Origin: a virus
Taxonomy: Duplodnaviria; Caudoviricetes
DNA length: 63,894 bases
Virus record (IMG/VR): IMGVR_UViG_3300037247_001086
Location: 1-63,894 of that record
Strand: one strand, 5' to 3'
Shown one piece after another: positions 48,370 through 58,648 of this stretch. The first letter of the stretch is position 1, and every line of letters begins with the position of its first letter. The translations under genes were made by a program, and so were the position numbers. The notes under the pieces are model-generated. The model was not told the origin of the DNA. It searched no databases and was given only the letters and a program-made list of their open reading frames with translations.

Positions 48370-51126
48370 ATGACCACTGATGAAATAGACCCCGCTGGTC
48401 GTCCTGGCGATACAGCCGTTGTCGACAGAGATCTCATCGACCCGTCCCTCGAAGAAGAATCTCTATTGCCTGGTGCTGAGGCTGGTAAATCCGTTAAGGA
48501 TGTTCCCGAAGAGACAATAGGGCAGTCCGTTCAAGAATTTCCGAAGCAGGTTGGCGCAACTCCCGGAACTACTTCTTTCCAAGATACTCTCATCTGGTTT
48601 ACAGGTCATGCAGCCGACGAATTTGAGGCGTGGGGCCGACGTCATGGCAAAAGGCGCGATAAGCAACTTAGGGATTTTATCGCGACTGAAAGCATGTTCG
48701 CCAGCGCCCTTGGAATCGTTATTATTCGCAACAGCGCCTTCAATTGGGAGGTTTCGGGAGACCCTCAGACGGCTGATATAGCCCATCAAATTCTGATTGA
48801 GGCTAATATGGGTCTCGGTTGGGAAGACTTTATCGCCAAGGTCAGTGCCGATCTGTACACGCAAGATAGCGGAGCATTTATCGAAGTCGTCAGGGACGGA
48901 AGTGACCCCGAAAGTCCTCTTGTTGGTATCAATCATCTGGACGCAGCCCGTTGTTGGCATACTGGCGATCCTACGAAGCCGGTCATCTATCAGGATGTCA
49001 AGAGCAAATATCACCTATTGGATTGGTGGAATGTTGTCACGCTTTCCGAAATGCCTACAGCCATAGAAGGGCTGTACGGTATGCAATTCTGCGCAGAAAC
49101 GCGGCTGATGATGGCGGCTCAAATCATGAAGAATATCGCTATCTATAAAGCCGAGAAATCCGGCGGGCGTAACACGCGGGCCATCCAACTGATCCAAGGG
49201 CTGACGACTGAACAGGTGAACGACGCCATTGCAGACTTACGAAATCGTGCTGATGCTCAAGGTTTCATGCGCTATATGCAGCCGGTGATTATTGGAAGTC
49301 ATGACCCGCAGGCGAAATTGGATGTTAAGACGTTGGAACTGGTCAGCTTGCCAGATGGTTTTGATGAGGACACGGCGTTCCGTCACTATATCGCTATGAT
49401 CGCGATGGCTTTTGGCGCTGATTATCAGGAGTTTGCTCCTCTTCCAGGTGGCAACCTGGGGACAAGTATGCAGAGCCAAGTCCTTCATGATAAGACCAGA
49501 GGCAAGGGGCCAGGGTTGTTCATGAAGCTGATTCAAAACGCCATGAATCAGAGGATTCTGCCGCGAAATGTGAAGTTCGAGTATGCGGAACAGGATTTGG
49601 AGGCGGAGAGAACTGAGGCTGAGGTCTCAAAGATTCGCGCCGAGACTAGAAAGATTCAGATTGAATCAACGGAGATTAATCAGGCCGAATCTCGTCAAAT
49701 GGCGGTGGACTCAGGCGATCTCCCTCAAGAATTGTTTGATGTAAATCCTGGCGGAGATATTACTCCGGTTGACACGGTTGTCCCATCGGGTGAGCCTCAT
49801 CACGCAAAAGGGGAGTTGGAGGTCTCGCCTTCTTCTAACCCTTTTGGCTCGATGACGACCGACGTTGGTACGAGACAGAAGACTGAACCGGCCAGGGCAG
49901 GCCCATTTGAAGATGACCGATTGGTAGCGGAAGGCCGTCTCCAGCGGGCTATCCTCCGAGCATTCCGTAAACATTTTGAGGCTGTCAAGAAGCGGCTCCG
50001 TCGTGAACGACGGGATGATCCTCGTTTTTCTAAAAAGGAATTGTTGGGAGATCTTGTCAATGATGAGGAGTTTTGGGGTTTGCGAAAAGAAGAGTTCATG
50101 GCAGAAGTTGGTGACCAGCCGCTGAATCTTCTGTTGGAAGGCGGACAACAGGCTGAAGCTCTAGGGCTTGTTGTTGATATGTCATTGGTCAATCAAGAAG
50201 CGTTGCGATTCAATCGACAATTCACGAATAGATGGTGGCAGGAACTTTCAACTCAGACGAGAGATGGATTGCGTATAGCGATTTCGACACATATTGAAAC
50301 GGGTGGGCCACTTCGGACTCTCAACAAGAATCTTGAGCCATTATTCGGTAAGGCGCGAGCTGAAGTTGTAGGTCGAACAGAAGTGACGCGGATGTTTGCT
50401 GAGGGAAATCGCATTGCTTATGGGCAGGCGGGTATCCAAGAGGTGGAATGGCGGACAGTTCGTGATGCCCATGTAGACCCTATTTGTGATGATCTTCATG
50501 GCCAACGGATGCCGCTTGGCCAAGAGCAAATAGTACCGCCAGCTCATCCTCGATGCCGTTGTTGGATTGCTCCTGTAGTGGGGGAGAGGCCAGTGACGGA
50601 GACCGCTTCGAGAGAATTTGAATCTGGTCATGAAGCAGACGCTTGGGGGAATGAACATTTCAGTAGAGTTTTGGGGAGAGAAAGTATCTATACAGAAGCA
50701 GAAAGAGTTGCAATCCTTGAATATCAAAGTACTGCGTATGCCGGGATAAATCGAGATATTCGAGCGGGATTTATTGACAATAGAACTGTTAGAGGTATAG
50801 ATTCTGCTATTGCAAAAGGGGCGGTTCCTGAGGATATTATAGTTTGGAGAGCGATTCGAGAAGCTCCTGAAAGTATGTTAAAATCTGATTTGGTGGGAGG
50901 CATAATCCAAGACAGAGCGGTTATGTCAACGTCATTGTTGCGGAATGTAGCGTCTGATTTTGGAGGAGATATTCTTTTGAGGATAAAAGTTCCTAGAGGT
51001 ACGCCTGCTTCATATTTTGCTGGGGGGCAGGCAGAATTACTGTTGGGAAGAGACACAGTTCTTCGTGTGTTGGAAGTAAGGAGAGTCGGAAGAAGACTTG
51101 AAATTTTAGCTGAGGTACAATTATGA
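48370..51126 (+). CDS. Portal protein fused to MuF head-morphogenesis domain and C-terminal ADP-ribosyltransferase
   Basis: Portal-like N-terminus after TerL; RAEVVGRTE..VDPIC..PPAHPRCRC (MuF); Y..IN..R, VWR, MSTSL, QAELLL (R-S-E ART). Confidence 0.85.
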   Translation: MTTDEIDPAGRPGDTAVVDRDLIDPSLEEESLLPGAEAGKSVKDVPEETIGQSVQEFPKQVGATPGTTSFQDTLIWFTGHAADEFEAWGRRHGKRRDKQLRDFIATESMFASALGIVIIRNSAFNWEVSGDPQTADIAHQILIEANMGLGWEDFIAKVSADLYTQDSGAFIEVVRDGSDPESPLVGINHLDAARCWHTGDPTKPVIYQDVKSKYHLLDWWNVVTLSEMPTAIEGLYGMQFCAETRLMMAAQIMKNIAIYKAEKSGGRNTRAIQLIQGLTTEQVNDAIADLRNRADAQGFMRYMQPVIIGSHDPQAKLDVKTLELVSLPDGFDEDTAFRHYIAMIAMAFGADYQEFAPLPGGNLGTSMQSQVLHDKTRGKGPGLFMKLIQNAMNQRILPRNVKFEYAEQDLEAERTEAEVSKIRAETRKIQIESTEINQAESRQMAVDSGDLPQELFDVNPGGDITPVDTVVPSGEPHHAKGELEVSPSSNPFGSMTTDVGTRQKTEPARAGPFEDDRLVAEGRLQRAILRAFRKHFEAVKKRLRRERRDDPRFSKKELLGDLVNDEEFWGLRKEEFMAEVGDQPLNLLLEGGQQAEALGLVVDMSLVNQEALRFNRQFTNRWWQELSTQTRDGLRIAISTHIETGGPLRTLNKNLEPLFGKARAEVVGRTEVTRMFAEGNRIAYGQAGIQEVEWRTVRDAHVDPICDDLHGQRMPLGQEQIVPPAHPRCRCWIAPVVGERPVTETASREFESGHEADAWGNEHFSRVLGRESIYTEAERVAILEYQSTAYAGINRDIRAGFIDNRTVRGIDSAIAKGAVPEDIIVWRAIREAPESMLKSDLVGGIIQDRAVMSTSLLRNVASDFGGDILLRIKVPRGTPASYFAGGQAELLLGRDTVLRVLEVRRVGRRLEILAEVQL

Positions 51127-51236
51127 GCTTAGAATCTGATAGGTTTCGAGTTTTTGCTATTGATATGAGAGTTGTGCTTGGGACAGGAGAGATAATTTTT
51201 ACGGGGGATCCGAAGAAGCCTCACCCCAAGAAATAG
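51123..51236 (+). CDS. 37-aa micro-ORF coupled to the ART domain
   Basis: ATGA overlap, GAGGT RBS; MSLESDRFRVFAIDMRVVLGTGEIIFTGDPKKPHPKK. Confidence 0.45.
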   Translation: MSLESDRFRVFAIDMRVVLGTGEIIFTGDPKKPHPKK

Positions 51237-51245
51237 AAATTTCTT

Positions 51246-51620
51246 GTGATGTCTCAGTGGAAAGTCCGGTCAGTAGAGATTCAAAAGATTCCACAGCAGG
51301 CAGCTAAGGCGGTTGTTCGTGTAACGGCGGCTCTTCGACTTTACGCTCTTGACGCTCAAAGTGAAATCTCCACATATCCTCAATCTGAATCTTCTTACGT
51401 TCGGACAGGAGAACTTGGGAGATTTTGGACGCAGAAAGTTCAGCAACGAGGACCAGACTTGGTTGCTCGGATAGGAAACAAGAAGCGATATGCGGCCAGG
51501 GTGCAAGGCAGCCAACAGGAGGAATTGTTCCGAGGTTTCGGCTGGCCGAATATTGTGGATACGAATAGGAAAGTCTGGGCCAGACATCGTCCTCTGATTG
51601 TCGCTGCTCTCAAGGGCTAG
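51246..51620 (+). CDS. HK97 gp10-like virion morphogenesis protein
   Basis: YVRTGEL..W..IGN..YA..VQG..Q...GW. Confidence 0.65.
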   Translation: MMSQWKVRSVEIQKIPQQAAKAVVRVTAALRLYALDAQSEISTYPQSESSYVRTGELGRFWTQKVQQRGPDLVARIGNKKRYAARVQGSQQEELFRGFGWPNIVDTNRKVWARHRPLIVAALKG

Positions 51621-51664
51621 CGTAAAATGATTCTAAAGGCGTATACTTTTCGCAGGAGGGGTAG

Positions 51665-53395
51665 GTGCCTTATTCTGGGCCTAATGATAAAAAGCTTCCG
51701 GCGCGGATTAAAAGAATGGCTGTTCGGAAACGGCGTCAATGGGTTCGCGTCTGGAATTCCGTTTTCAAAAGAACAGGTAATGAGGGTCGTGCCTTTGCTA
51801 GTGCGAATTCGGCAATCAAGGAGTTGATGATGGAACCTTTGACGGTTGAACAACTTCGTGAAGCGGCTAAGGCGCTGCCCGGACAAGATCCCATTCGAAC
51901 TCTTTACCTGCAAACCGCTGACGCTCTTGAGGAACGGGCTACCGCTACGACAGCAGCTTCTATTGAAGAAAAGGATTGTGCGGTAGAAGCTCCAGCGGTC
52001 ATGGCTTTTATAGGCGGCGCTTTGTCTTTTGCCGAGGCCGATGATTATCATGATGGACAGGAAATCGATCGTTCCATTTGGGAGGAGAAAAATGTATTCG
52101 ATCTTCTTCACAGAAACATCTGGAATAGCGATCTTGAGATCCCTGAAAAGGCTCGTCTTACAATGCAAGCGGCCACTGACTTGTCGACTAGAATTGGTGA
52201 AGTGAAGACAGGAGAACGGAGCATTTTCGAAAAGGTTAGGGAGTTCATACTCCCGGGATGGGGTGAGGATAAGACACCAGAAGGTGTACCGGCTGGGGAT
52301 ATTGTTATCTTCAAGGACGCGGCTGGCGGCTGGCGTTGGTTTGCAACACATTCCAACAAGTTTTTCGATCGGGAGAAGGAAGTCTTTCCAGCCGCAGTTC
52401 ATCAGGAATATGAACATTGGGTTGACGCCACAGGCAATTTCCCGGAGCTCCGCTTGTGGCATGTTCCAGGTACTCGGATCGGCCTAGCCGATTTTGTGGC
52501 ATATGATGAGCCGAGTGGGCTCATGATAAGTTCGGGCGTCTTCGACAAGGGTATGGAAGATGTGGCCGAACGATTGGCTGGGAGTTCAGACCTCGCTTGT
52601 AGCCACGGATTTGCATACCGGCAGGAGGATCTGAACGAGGAGGGTGTATATGCCAGATACCGAAGTTTCGAAGTAACCGTCCTTCCAGCCGCGCACGCGG
52701 CTAATCCTTGGACGGCCATCAATGTTGGGCAGATTGCAAAGGAGGTTAAGGTTGGTATGGAAGATGCCAAGCGAGCGTTCCTAGTTGAGCACATGGGCGA
52801 GGAACGTACCGGACGTATTGAAGCCCAGCTTGCTGAGTTGGGCAAGGAATTGGACGAAGCCGGTATTTCGTTCAAAGGAGTTCTCGAAGAAAACGGAACT
52901 GGTGAAGGTGAAGGTGAAGGTGATGGAGGCAGCGGCGAAGCTGGAGCTGCCACTGAGGAAAAGCCATCGGAAGGAGAAACCGCTGGCGATGGCGAAAAGC
53001 CTGTTGCCGCTGATGGCGCTTCCGGAAGTCAGCCTGCCGGAGAAGAAGATAGCGATGGTGGTGGCAAGAGCACCGAGCTTGTAGGCGAAATTTCGGCTGT
53101 CATCAATACGGTTGTTCGTGAACAGCTTGCGCCGTTGCAGGCTGTTATCACGGAATTACAAGAATCTGTCAAGGGTCTGAAGGAATCGGATGACAGCAAG
53201 GTCGCCAATGCGATGAGGCCCCGTGTTGAGGTGAGCATCGGGTCTGGAAAGCGTCCCACCGAGGCCGAATCTAACCTGGATTCGGATAAGGGTGATACGG
53301 CCACGGGCGGCGGCAAGGAAGGCGACAAGGAGGAACAGGTAGTCAACCCCTACGTTAAGATGGCCCTCAATGGGGGGAGGCTGCAACAGGGGTAA
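51665..53395 (+). CDS. Prohead protease/scaffold with N-terminal ChaB-like domain
   Basis: MPYS..LP..K...W..VWNS..AFA.AN; DREKE, LWH, SHGF, EVTVLP..AN; acidic low-complexity tail. Confidence 0.7.
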   Translation: MPYSGPNDKKLPARIKRMAVRKRRQWVRVWNSVFKRTGNEGRAFASANSAIKELMMEPLTVEQLREAAKALPGQDPIRTLYLQTADALEERATATTAASIEEKDCAVEAPAVMAFIGGALSFAEADDYHDGQEIDRSIWEEKNVFDLLHRNIWNSDLEIPEKARLTMQAATDLSTRIGEVKTGERSIFEKVREFILPGWGEDKTPEGVPAGDIVIFKDAAGGWRWFATHSNKFFDREKEVFPAAVHQEYEHWVDATGNFPELRLWHVPGTRIGLADFVAYDEPSGLMISSGVFDKGMEDVAERLAGSSDLACSHGFAYRQEDLNEEGVYARYRSFEVTVLPAAHAANPWTAINVGQIAKEVKVGMEDAKRAFLVEHMGEERTGRIEAQLAELGKELDEAGISFKGVLEENGTGEGEGEGDGGSGEAGAATEEKPSEGETAGDGEKPVAADGASGSQPAGEEDSDGGGKSTELVGEISAVINTVVREQLAPLQAVITELQESVKGLKESDDSKVANAMRPRVEVSIGSGKRPTEAESNLDSDKGDTATGGGKEGDKEEQVVNPYVKMALNGGRLQQG

Positions 53396-53459
53396 CAGCG
53401 CAGCGGAACGGAGTTAGACCTATACCACTAGGAAGGGTAGGACAGAAAGGAAATTGCTC

Positions 53460-54926
53460 ATGAGTCTAGAGGAACAGATGGCCGCTTTGCTGTTGCCACA
53501 TCTACAAAAGGCGCAGGCCGCAGCATATGGCATCAAGGCTGATCAGGTAGGTGTCAAACATGATGCCTCTGGGACGCCGATTGCTATCGGTTATAGTCAT
53601 GGCCCTGGCGGGGTGTTTACTTTCCCAGGTGTAGACCAAAAGGTGATGCATACTGTCGTTGGGAACATTGGTATCCTAGGCCAGCTTCCTACGACGCCAA
53701 GTGTGTTCACCAATCCAGTCTACCAGATTATCACTGGTGTTCAGGACTCCGTAGGTGCTGAGAAAGTCGAGGTGTGTGACAACGCACCCACGGCTGGTCT
53801 GATCAAAACTTGTAAGACAACTGCGCCGTTTGGCCGGTATGAGCGGGCGACTGGCGAGTTGGAACTGAACCGGCTCGGCCAGCAGAACGACCGTGCCGAT
53901 CCGATGGATCTCACCCTACAGGGGTCTCCTATCGCTCAGTCAGGGATCTTTACGACTGGCCCTGGCGATCCGGCGACACCTACTGATCTGCTGAATAATG
54001 AAGTCAGCAGGAAGTTCTGGGAGCTGGCTATCGCGCTGCACCGGCTGTTGTCGATACAGCTCTGGCAGGGTGATCCAGCGAACAACTCTGCTGGAGGTGG
54101 CAGCAAGGAATTGACTGGTTTTGACCAGCTGATCAACACTGGTTATGTCGATGTTGAGACCGGCACGGCTTGTGTCAGCGTTGACAGCGACCTCAAGGAC
54201 TTCAATTTCCAACGTATCGATGACTTCGGGACGCAGCTTGTTGATAACCTGAGTTACATGGTACGGACGCGTCGAGATCTTGCGTTCCGTACTGGTGTCG
54301 CTCCGGTTCGTTTCGTTTTAGCGATGCGACCAGAATTGTTCTGGGAGCTTACGGCTGTGTGGCCGTGTTCTTATCTCACATATCGCTGTCAGTTGACTGG
54401 CAATGAGCGGCTCAATATTGATGGGGCGGAGCAGACGCGGATGCGCGACGAAATGCGCGTCGGTAGGTTCTTGCTTATCGATGGTGAGCGTATCGATGTG
54501 GTGCTGGATGATGGCATTGCACTTGATACTACGACTACGAACGCCAACGTGACCGAAGGTTGTTCCGCGAGCGACATCTATCTGATCCCGATGAGTATTC
54601 TTGGTGGTCAGTCGGTGACGTTCATGGAGTACTTCGATTACACGAACCCGTCAGCTGCCGCAGCTCTGGCTGATAACCTGACACTTGGTCGGGTGGAAGG
54701 GCCGTGGATCACCACGGCGCGTCAGACCAACTGGTGTATCGTATGGCAGACCAAAGTAGAACCACGGTTAGTCATGCGTACACCTTGGCTGGCAGCTCGT
54801 TTGCAGAACGTGATGTACTGCCCGCTGCAGAACGCTCGACAGCCGTTCCCGGACGACCCGTACTTCATCGATGGTGGAGTTACGAACCGTCCTGGCCCCA
54901 GCCATTTCGCGCTTTGGCAGGATTAA
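53460..54926 (+). CDS. Major capsid protein
   Basis: About 490 aa after the scaffold, strong AGAAAGGA RBS, followed by a hairpin. Confidence 0.75.
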   Translation: MSLEEQMAALLLPHLQKAQAAAYGIKADQVGVKHDASGTPIAIGYSHGPGGVFTFPGVDQKVMHTVVGNIGILGQLPTTPSVFTNPVYQIITGVQDSVGAEKVEVCDNAPTAGLIKTCKTTAPFGRYERATGELELNRLGQQNDRADPMDLTLQGSPIAQSGIFTTGPGDPATPTDLLNNEVSRKFWELAIALHRLLSIQLWQGDPANNSAGGGSKELTGFDQLINTGYVDVETGTACVSVDSDLKDFNFQRIDDFGTQLVDNLSYMVRTRRDLAFRTGVAPVRFVLAMRPELFWELTAVWPCSYLTYRCQLTGNERLNIDGAEQTRMRDEMRVGRFLLIDGERIDVVLDDGIALDTTTTNANVTEGCSASDIYLIPMSILGGQSVTFMEYFDYTNPSAAAALADNLTLGRVEGPWITTARQTNWCIVWQTKVEPRLVMRTPWLAARLQNVMYCPLQNARQPFPDDPYFIDGGVTNRPGPSHFALWQD

Positions 54927-54947
54927 TTTTGGGGGTAGTTGGATTGT

Positions 54948-54977
54948 GGGGGTGGTGGTGTTACTACCACTTCCCCC
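54948..54977 (+). terminator. Hairpin after the capsid gene
   Basis: GGGGGTGGTGGT..ACTACCACTTCCCCC; weak U tract. Confidence 0.4.
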
Positions 54978-55001
54978 GCTCTCTAGAACAAGGGAGGAAT
55001 T

Positions 55002-55142
55002 ATGCACGACGAGGATACGCAAGTACATGCTCAGGTTCCTGGATCGTCGCCGCCTGAGGTTGTATGTGGACGGACGTGGCACAAGGCGCAGGTCACGGAG
55101 GATGAGAGTCTGGTTACTTGCTCAAAGTGTAAGGGCTCATAG
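55002..55142 (+). CDS. 46-aa zinc-finger micro-protein
   Basis: GGGAGG RBS; MHDEDTQVHAQVPGSSPPEVVCGRTWHKAQVTEDESLVTCSKCKGS. Confidence 0.55.
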   Translation: MHDEDTQVHAQVPGSSPPEVVCGRTWHKAQVTEDESLVTCSKCKGS

Positions 55143-55179
55143 CCAAGTTTGAATTCTCAAGATAACGGGAGGAATGTGA

Positions 55180-55638
55180 ATGAGTGATAAATATGCAGCG
55201 ACGGCTGTCCAGGATGTGACTACGGCCACGCCTGGGGATACGGCGTTGAGCATCCAGAGTCTTACGACCGTTCGGCCAGAACTTTATGATTTAGTCTGGT
55301 CGCATGGCGCAGCACCGGCTGACACGGTGATCCAGTGGTTGGTGAGAAGGTTCGACACGGCAGACGGAACAGCTACAGGTGTTACTCCTGGCCCGTTGGA
55401 TCCCGGTGCTCCTGCATCTGGTTTGACGGTTTTGGAAGATCATTCGGTTGAGCCGACTGACGCTGGTGTTGTGCCTCTCTACGACATGGACCTCAATCAG
55501 CGAGCGACGTTCCGCTGGGTAGCGGCTCCTGGTGGGGAGATCAAGTTCTCTGCGGTTGCGACCGAGGGAATCTACATCACTCCTGTCAGCACGACGTATG
55601 CGTTGGCTGCCAGCGTGACTGCTCACTGGATCGAGTAA
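55180..55638 (+). CDS. Virion structural/decoration protein
   Basis: Thr/Ala-rich beta protein; GGAGG RBS. Confidence 0.55.
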   Translation: MSDKYAATAVQDVTTATPGDTALSIQSLTTVRPELYDLVWSHGAAPADTVIQWLVRRFDTADGTATGVTPGPLDPGAPASGLTVLEDHSVEPTDAGVVPLYDMDLNQRATFRWVAAPGGEIKFSAVATEGIYITPVSTTYALAASVTAHWIE

Positions 55639-55646
55639 TCTAGACG

Positions 55647-55970
55647 ATGGACGAAAAAGGGGGAGGCGGGGGTCAGAAGGCTCCCGCCTTTCTTAAGCAC
55701 ACAGGTAAGGTCAGCGGTTACTTCACAATCGCTGGCCCTCTCCTTCTTGGGCAAGTAGCGGAAGGGGAAACTCTCCAGTGCGTACATTGTCAACACACTT
55801 GGCAGATTAGGCCAGGATCAGGTTCTGAGCGCGGCTGGTGTCAGAATTGTAGTGGCCCTACCTGTGGATTTGAACCGTGTTTCGTCTGCGTTCCTTGGGA
55901 GCGTAAGATGGAGATAGCCGAGGGACGCGACCCCTTGAAGACAACTTTCAAAGGCGCGTATATCCTCTAG
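55647..55970 (+). CDS. Cys-rich zinc-binding protein
   Basis: CVHC, CQNC, CG..CFVC. Confidence 0.55.
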   Translation: MDEKGGGGGQKAPAFLKHTGKVSGYFTIAGPLLLGQVAEGETLQCVHCQHTWQIRPGSGSERGWCQNCSGPTCGFEPCFVCVPWERKMEIAEGRDPLKTTFKGAYIL

Positions 55971-55987
55971 TGGGTTTTGGGTAGCGG

Positions 55988-56503
55988 ATGAACGCCTATT
56001 TAGTCCTCGGCCCAGAGTCCAGCGGCACGCGCATGATGACACAGCTACTCATGGCGGCGGGGTGCGTGGGCGATGGCGACCACGAGCAACGCTGGGATGA
56101 CGCTCTGCCTACGGTAGAGACACCTATCGTGTGGCGCAGGAGCCTACCTCACGGCGGCGAGTGGCCTTCTATCGACCTGATGACACACAGGCTCAGAGAG
56201 CGTGGCTACACGGTCTGTGCTGTCGTGATGACGCGGGACTGGACGGCGGTAGCGCGCTCACAGATGGAGCACTGGGGCCACACCCGGGAGACAGCCCTGT
56301 CCAACATCCGCACGGCCTACCCCTACATCTTCTCCTCGCTGCTCAAGTTTCAGGTGCCCTACGTGATGGTGAGCTACGAGAGCCTGGTGCAGCACGGCCC
56401 ACAGTCGCTCGGCGACCTGCTGGGCAGCATCGGGATCTCGCCGCCTGCCGAGTTTGAGCTACACGACGCCACGACGCGGAGACTACAGGAGGTAACGGCA
56501 TGA
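55988..56503 (+). CDS. Sulfotransferase-like P-loop protein
   Basis: VLGPESSGTR, RD...RSQ, VSYESLV. Confidence 0.6.
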   Translation: MNAYLVLGPESSGTRMMTQLLMAAGCVGDGDHEQRWDDALPTVETPIVWRRSLPHGGEWPSIDLMTHRLRERGYTVCAVVMTRDWTAVARSQMEHWGHTRETALSNIRTAYPYIFSSLLKFQVPYVMVSYESLVQHGPQSLGDLLGSIGISPPAEFELHDATTRRLQEVTA

Positions 56504-56973
56504 AGGTTATCAAAGTACGTATTAGGCGCGGCGCGGTGGGTGAGTCACAGATGGCCTACCCTGCCCGCTATCGAGCGGAGGAAGTGGACCGCAACGGCCT
56601 GGGGCCGCTCAACGTGATGCAGTCCGGCGCGTACTCCGGCCACATCTCGCGGGGTGGCCCTGAGGCGTGGTGCATCATCGTTCTGGATGATGTCCTGGCC
56701 GACGAGTACGCGCTCGACCCCGACATGGAGATCGTCACGGCAGCGCAGGCCGACACGCTCATGGAGACGTGGCGCGTCGAGAAGGGCGAGACAGAAGAGG
56801 TCGTGAAAGACCCTGACAGAATCGCCGCTATCGGCGTGAAGCAAGCCACGGGCACGGCTCTCACGGCGGAAGACCTAAAGGCGCTGGACGTGAACGACCC
56901 AACGCCTGGGGTGAACAAGCGGCTGGGGAGTCTCGTAGACAAGCTAAAGGTGGTAGCTCCGGTTGAACTCTAG
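56500..56973 (+). CDS. Hypothetical protein
   Basis: AGGAGG RBS; coupled. Confidence 0.6.
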   Translation: MKVIKVRIRRGAVGESQMAYPARYRAEEVDRNGLGPLNVMQSGAYSGHISRGGPEAWCIIVLDDVLADEYALDPDMEIVTAAQADTLMETWRVEKGETEEVVKDPDRIAAIGVKQATGTALTAEDLKALDVNDPTPGVNKRLGSLVDKLKVVAPVEL

Positions 56974-57544
56974 GGTGACCATCTCGATACCCACGAGGGG
57001 GTCTATCCGCGCCGAGACGATGGAGTGGACGCTACGCGCCTTCGTGGAACTTGCGCCAGATGTGCAGGTGGACATTGTGAGCGAGAACGTCCCGCTGGAG
57101 CACGCCCGCAACCTACAGGCGCAACGCTTTCTCGCCTCGCCCTCCACGCATCTATTCCTGTTGGATGCTGACTGCGTACCGCAGGCGGGAACGATACAGA
57201 AGCTCTTGGCCTACGAGCTGCCGGTCGTCGCTGCGCCGCACCCGACACTCAAGGGCGCGGAGCGCGTCGTCATGGCCCTAACGCGGAACAACGGGCACTA
57301 TGAGGCATATACGCCGCCCTTAGGACTACAGAAGGTGGACGCCGTGGGGGGCTCCGGGCTGCTTATCGAGCGTCGGGTGCTGGAGAGCTACGGCCCGCCG
57401 TACTTTCGCTGCGAATACGACGACCAAGGAATGCTGTATCGGAGTGAGGACTTCTGGTTCTGCGAACGGGTGAAGGAGCAGGGCTTCGATGTTTGGTGTG
57501 ACTTCAGCCTGGAGCAGCAGCACATCAAAGAGGTGGCGGTCTAA
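56963..57544 (+). CDS. GT-A fold glycosyltransferase
   Basis: SIPTRG, ARN, LDAD, SEDFWFC, H. Confidence 0.8.
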   Translation: MNSRVTISIPTRGSIRAETMEWTLRAFVELAPDVQVDIVSENVPLEHARNLQAQRFLASPSTHLFLLDADCVPQAGTIQKLLAYELPVVAAPHPTLKGAERVVMALTRNNGHYEAYTPPLGLQKVDAVGGSGLLIERRVLESYGPPYFRCEYDDQGMLYRSEDFWFCERVKEQGFDVWCDFSLEQQHIKEVAV

Positions 57545-58269
57545 TGGCAAACGTTCTAAGTGTCGAGCCCGGTGCTACTGACAAACACTACAAACATTCC
57601 GGGTTCACCACTACCATTGACGCCAGCTACGCGTCGCCAGCCGACTCTCCCACAGGCATCACCTGGGATGGTACAAATGTCATCTCCGCCGACAGCAATG
57701 CCGACAAGCACTACAAACACTCGGGGTTCAGTTCCACTATCGACGCCAGCTACGCATCGCCAGAGGACTCTTCTTGGGGCATCACCTGGGACGGTACGAA
57801 TGTTCTCTCAGCCGATTTCAAATCTGCTGCCAACAAGCACTACAAGCATTCGGGCTTCACCACGACCATCGACGCCAGTTACACCAGTCCTTCCACCTCT
57901 CCCCGTGGCATAAGCGAAGATGGTACGGATGTCCTCTCCGCCGACAGCAATGCCGACAAGCACTACAAGCACTCGGGCTTCTCCGCCACCATCACCAGCA
58001 GCTACGCCAGCCCAGCAGCAACTCCTCGTGGCATCACTTGGGACAGCGCAAATGTCATCTCTGCTGATAGTGCTGATGACAAGCACTACAAGCACTCGGG
58101 CTTCTCCGCCACCATCACCAGCAGCTACGCTTCACCTGGCGCTGCCCCTTCGGGCATCACCTGGGATGGGCGACACGCTGGGGTGGTCGATGATGGTCAA
58201 GAGTTTGCTGGCACTCGAGTGGAAACCCGACAGCTTTACCACTTGGCCCGAAAAGTGGTGGCCTATTAG
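57544..58269 (+). CDS. Five-repeat beta-propeller protein
   Basis: Five 41-43 aa repeats NVxSAD..DKHYKHSGF..TI..SY.SP...P.GITWDG. Confidence 0.8.
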   Translation: MANVLSVEPGATDKHYKHSGFTTTIDASYASPADSPTGITWDGTNVISADSNADKHYKHSGFSSTIDASYASPEDSSWGITWDGTNVLSADFKSAANKHYKHSGFTTTIDASYTSPSTSPRGISEDGTDVLSADSNADKHYKHSGFSATITSSYASPAATPRGITWDSANVISADSADDKHYKHSGFSATITSSYASPGAAPSGITWDGRHAGVVDDGQEFAGTRVETRQLYHLARKVVAY

Positions 58270-58648
58270 TATGATTACTGAACCGCTCCTTCCGATGGAA
58301 ACCCCGACGAGCTGGATGATCCTTCAGGGTGACCAGCACCGTCGACCGTTGGAGTTCACTGCTGGCATCACAGGAGAACAGTCATCTTTAGATTGGATAG
58401 GCCCAATCCGTGAGCTGATACATCGAGTGGTTCGTAGCTTCCCACGGTTGTTAGTAGCGCCTGTGGCCCTTCTTCTGAAGGCTGTGGTGTGGGTGCTCCG
58501 CTTTGCCTCGGTCCATAAGGGGAGAGGACTGCTACACTGGCACTTTATCAAACTCCCCAGTTTTTTGGGGTTTTTTATTGGGGGAATGAACTGATGGCCA
58601 TGTACTGTCCCAGAATTTTACGGGGGTTTGAGGTGGTAATTTTCTAAA

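Noticed and set aside
57544-58269. Diversity-generating retroelement TR/VR pair
   Set aside because: No reverse transcriptase in the window; repeats are in-frame blades and differences are not adenine-specific
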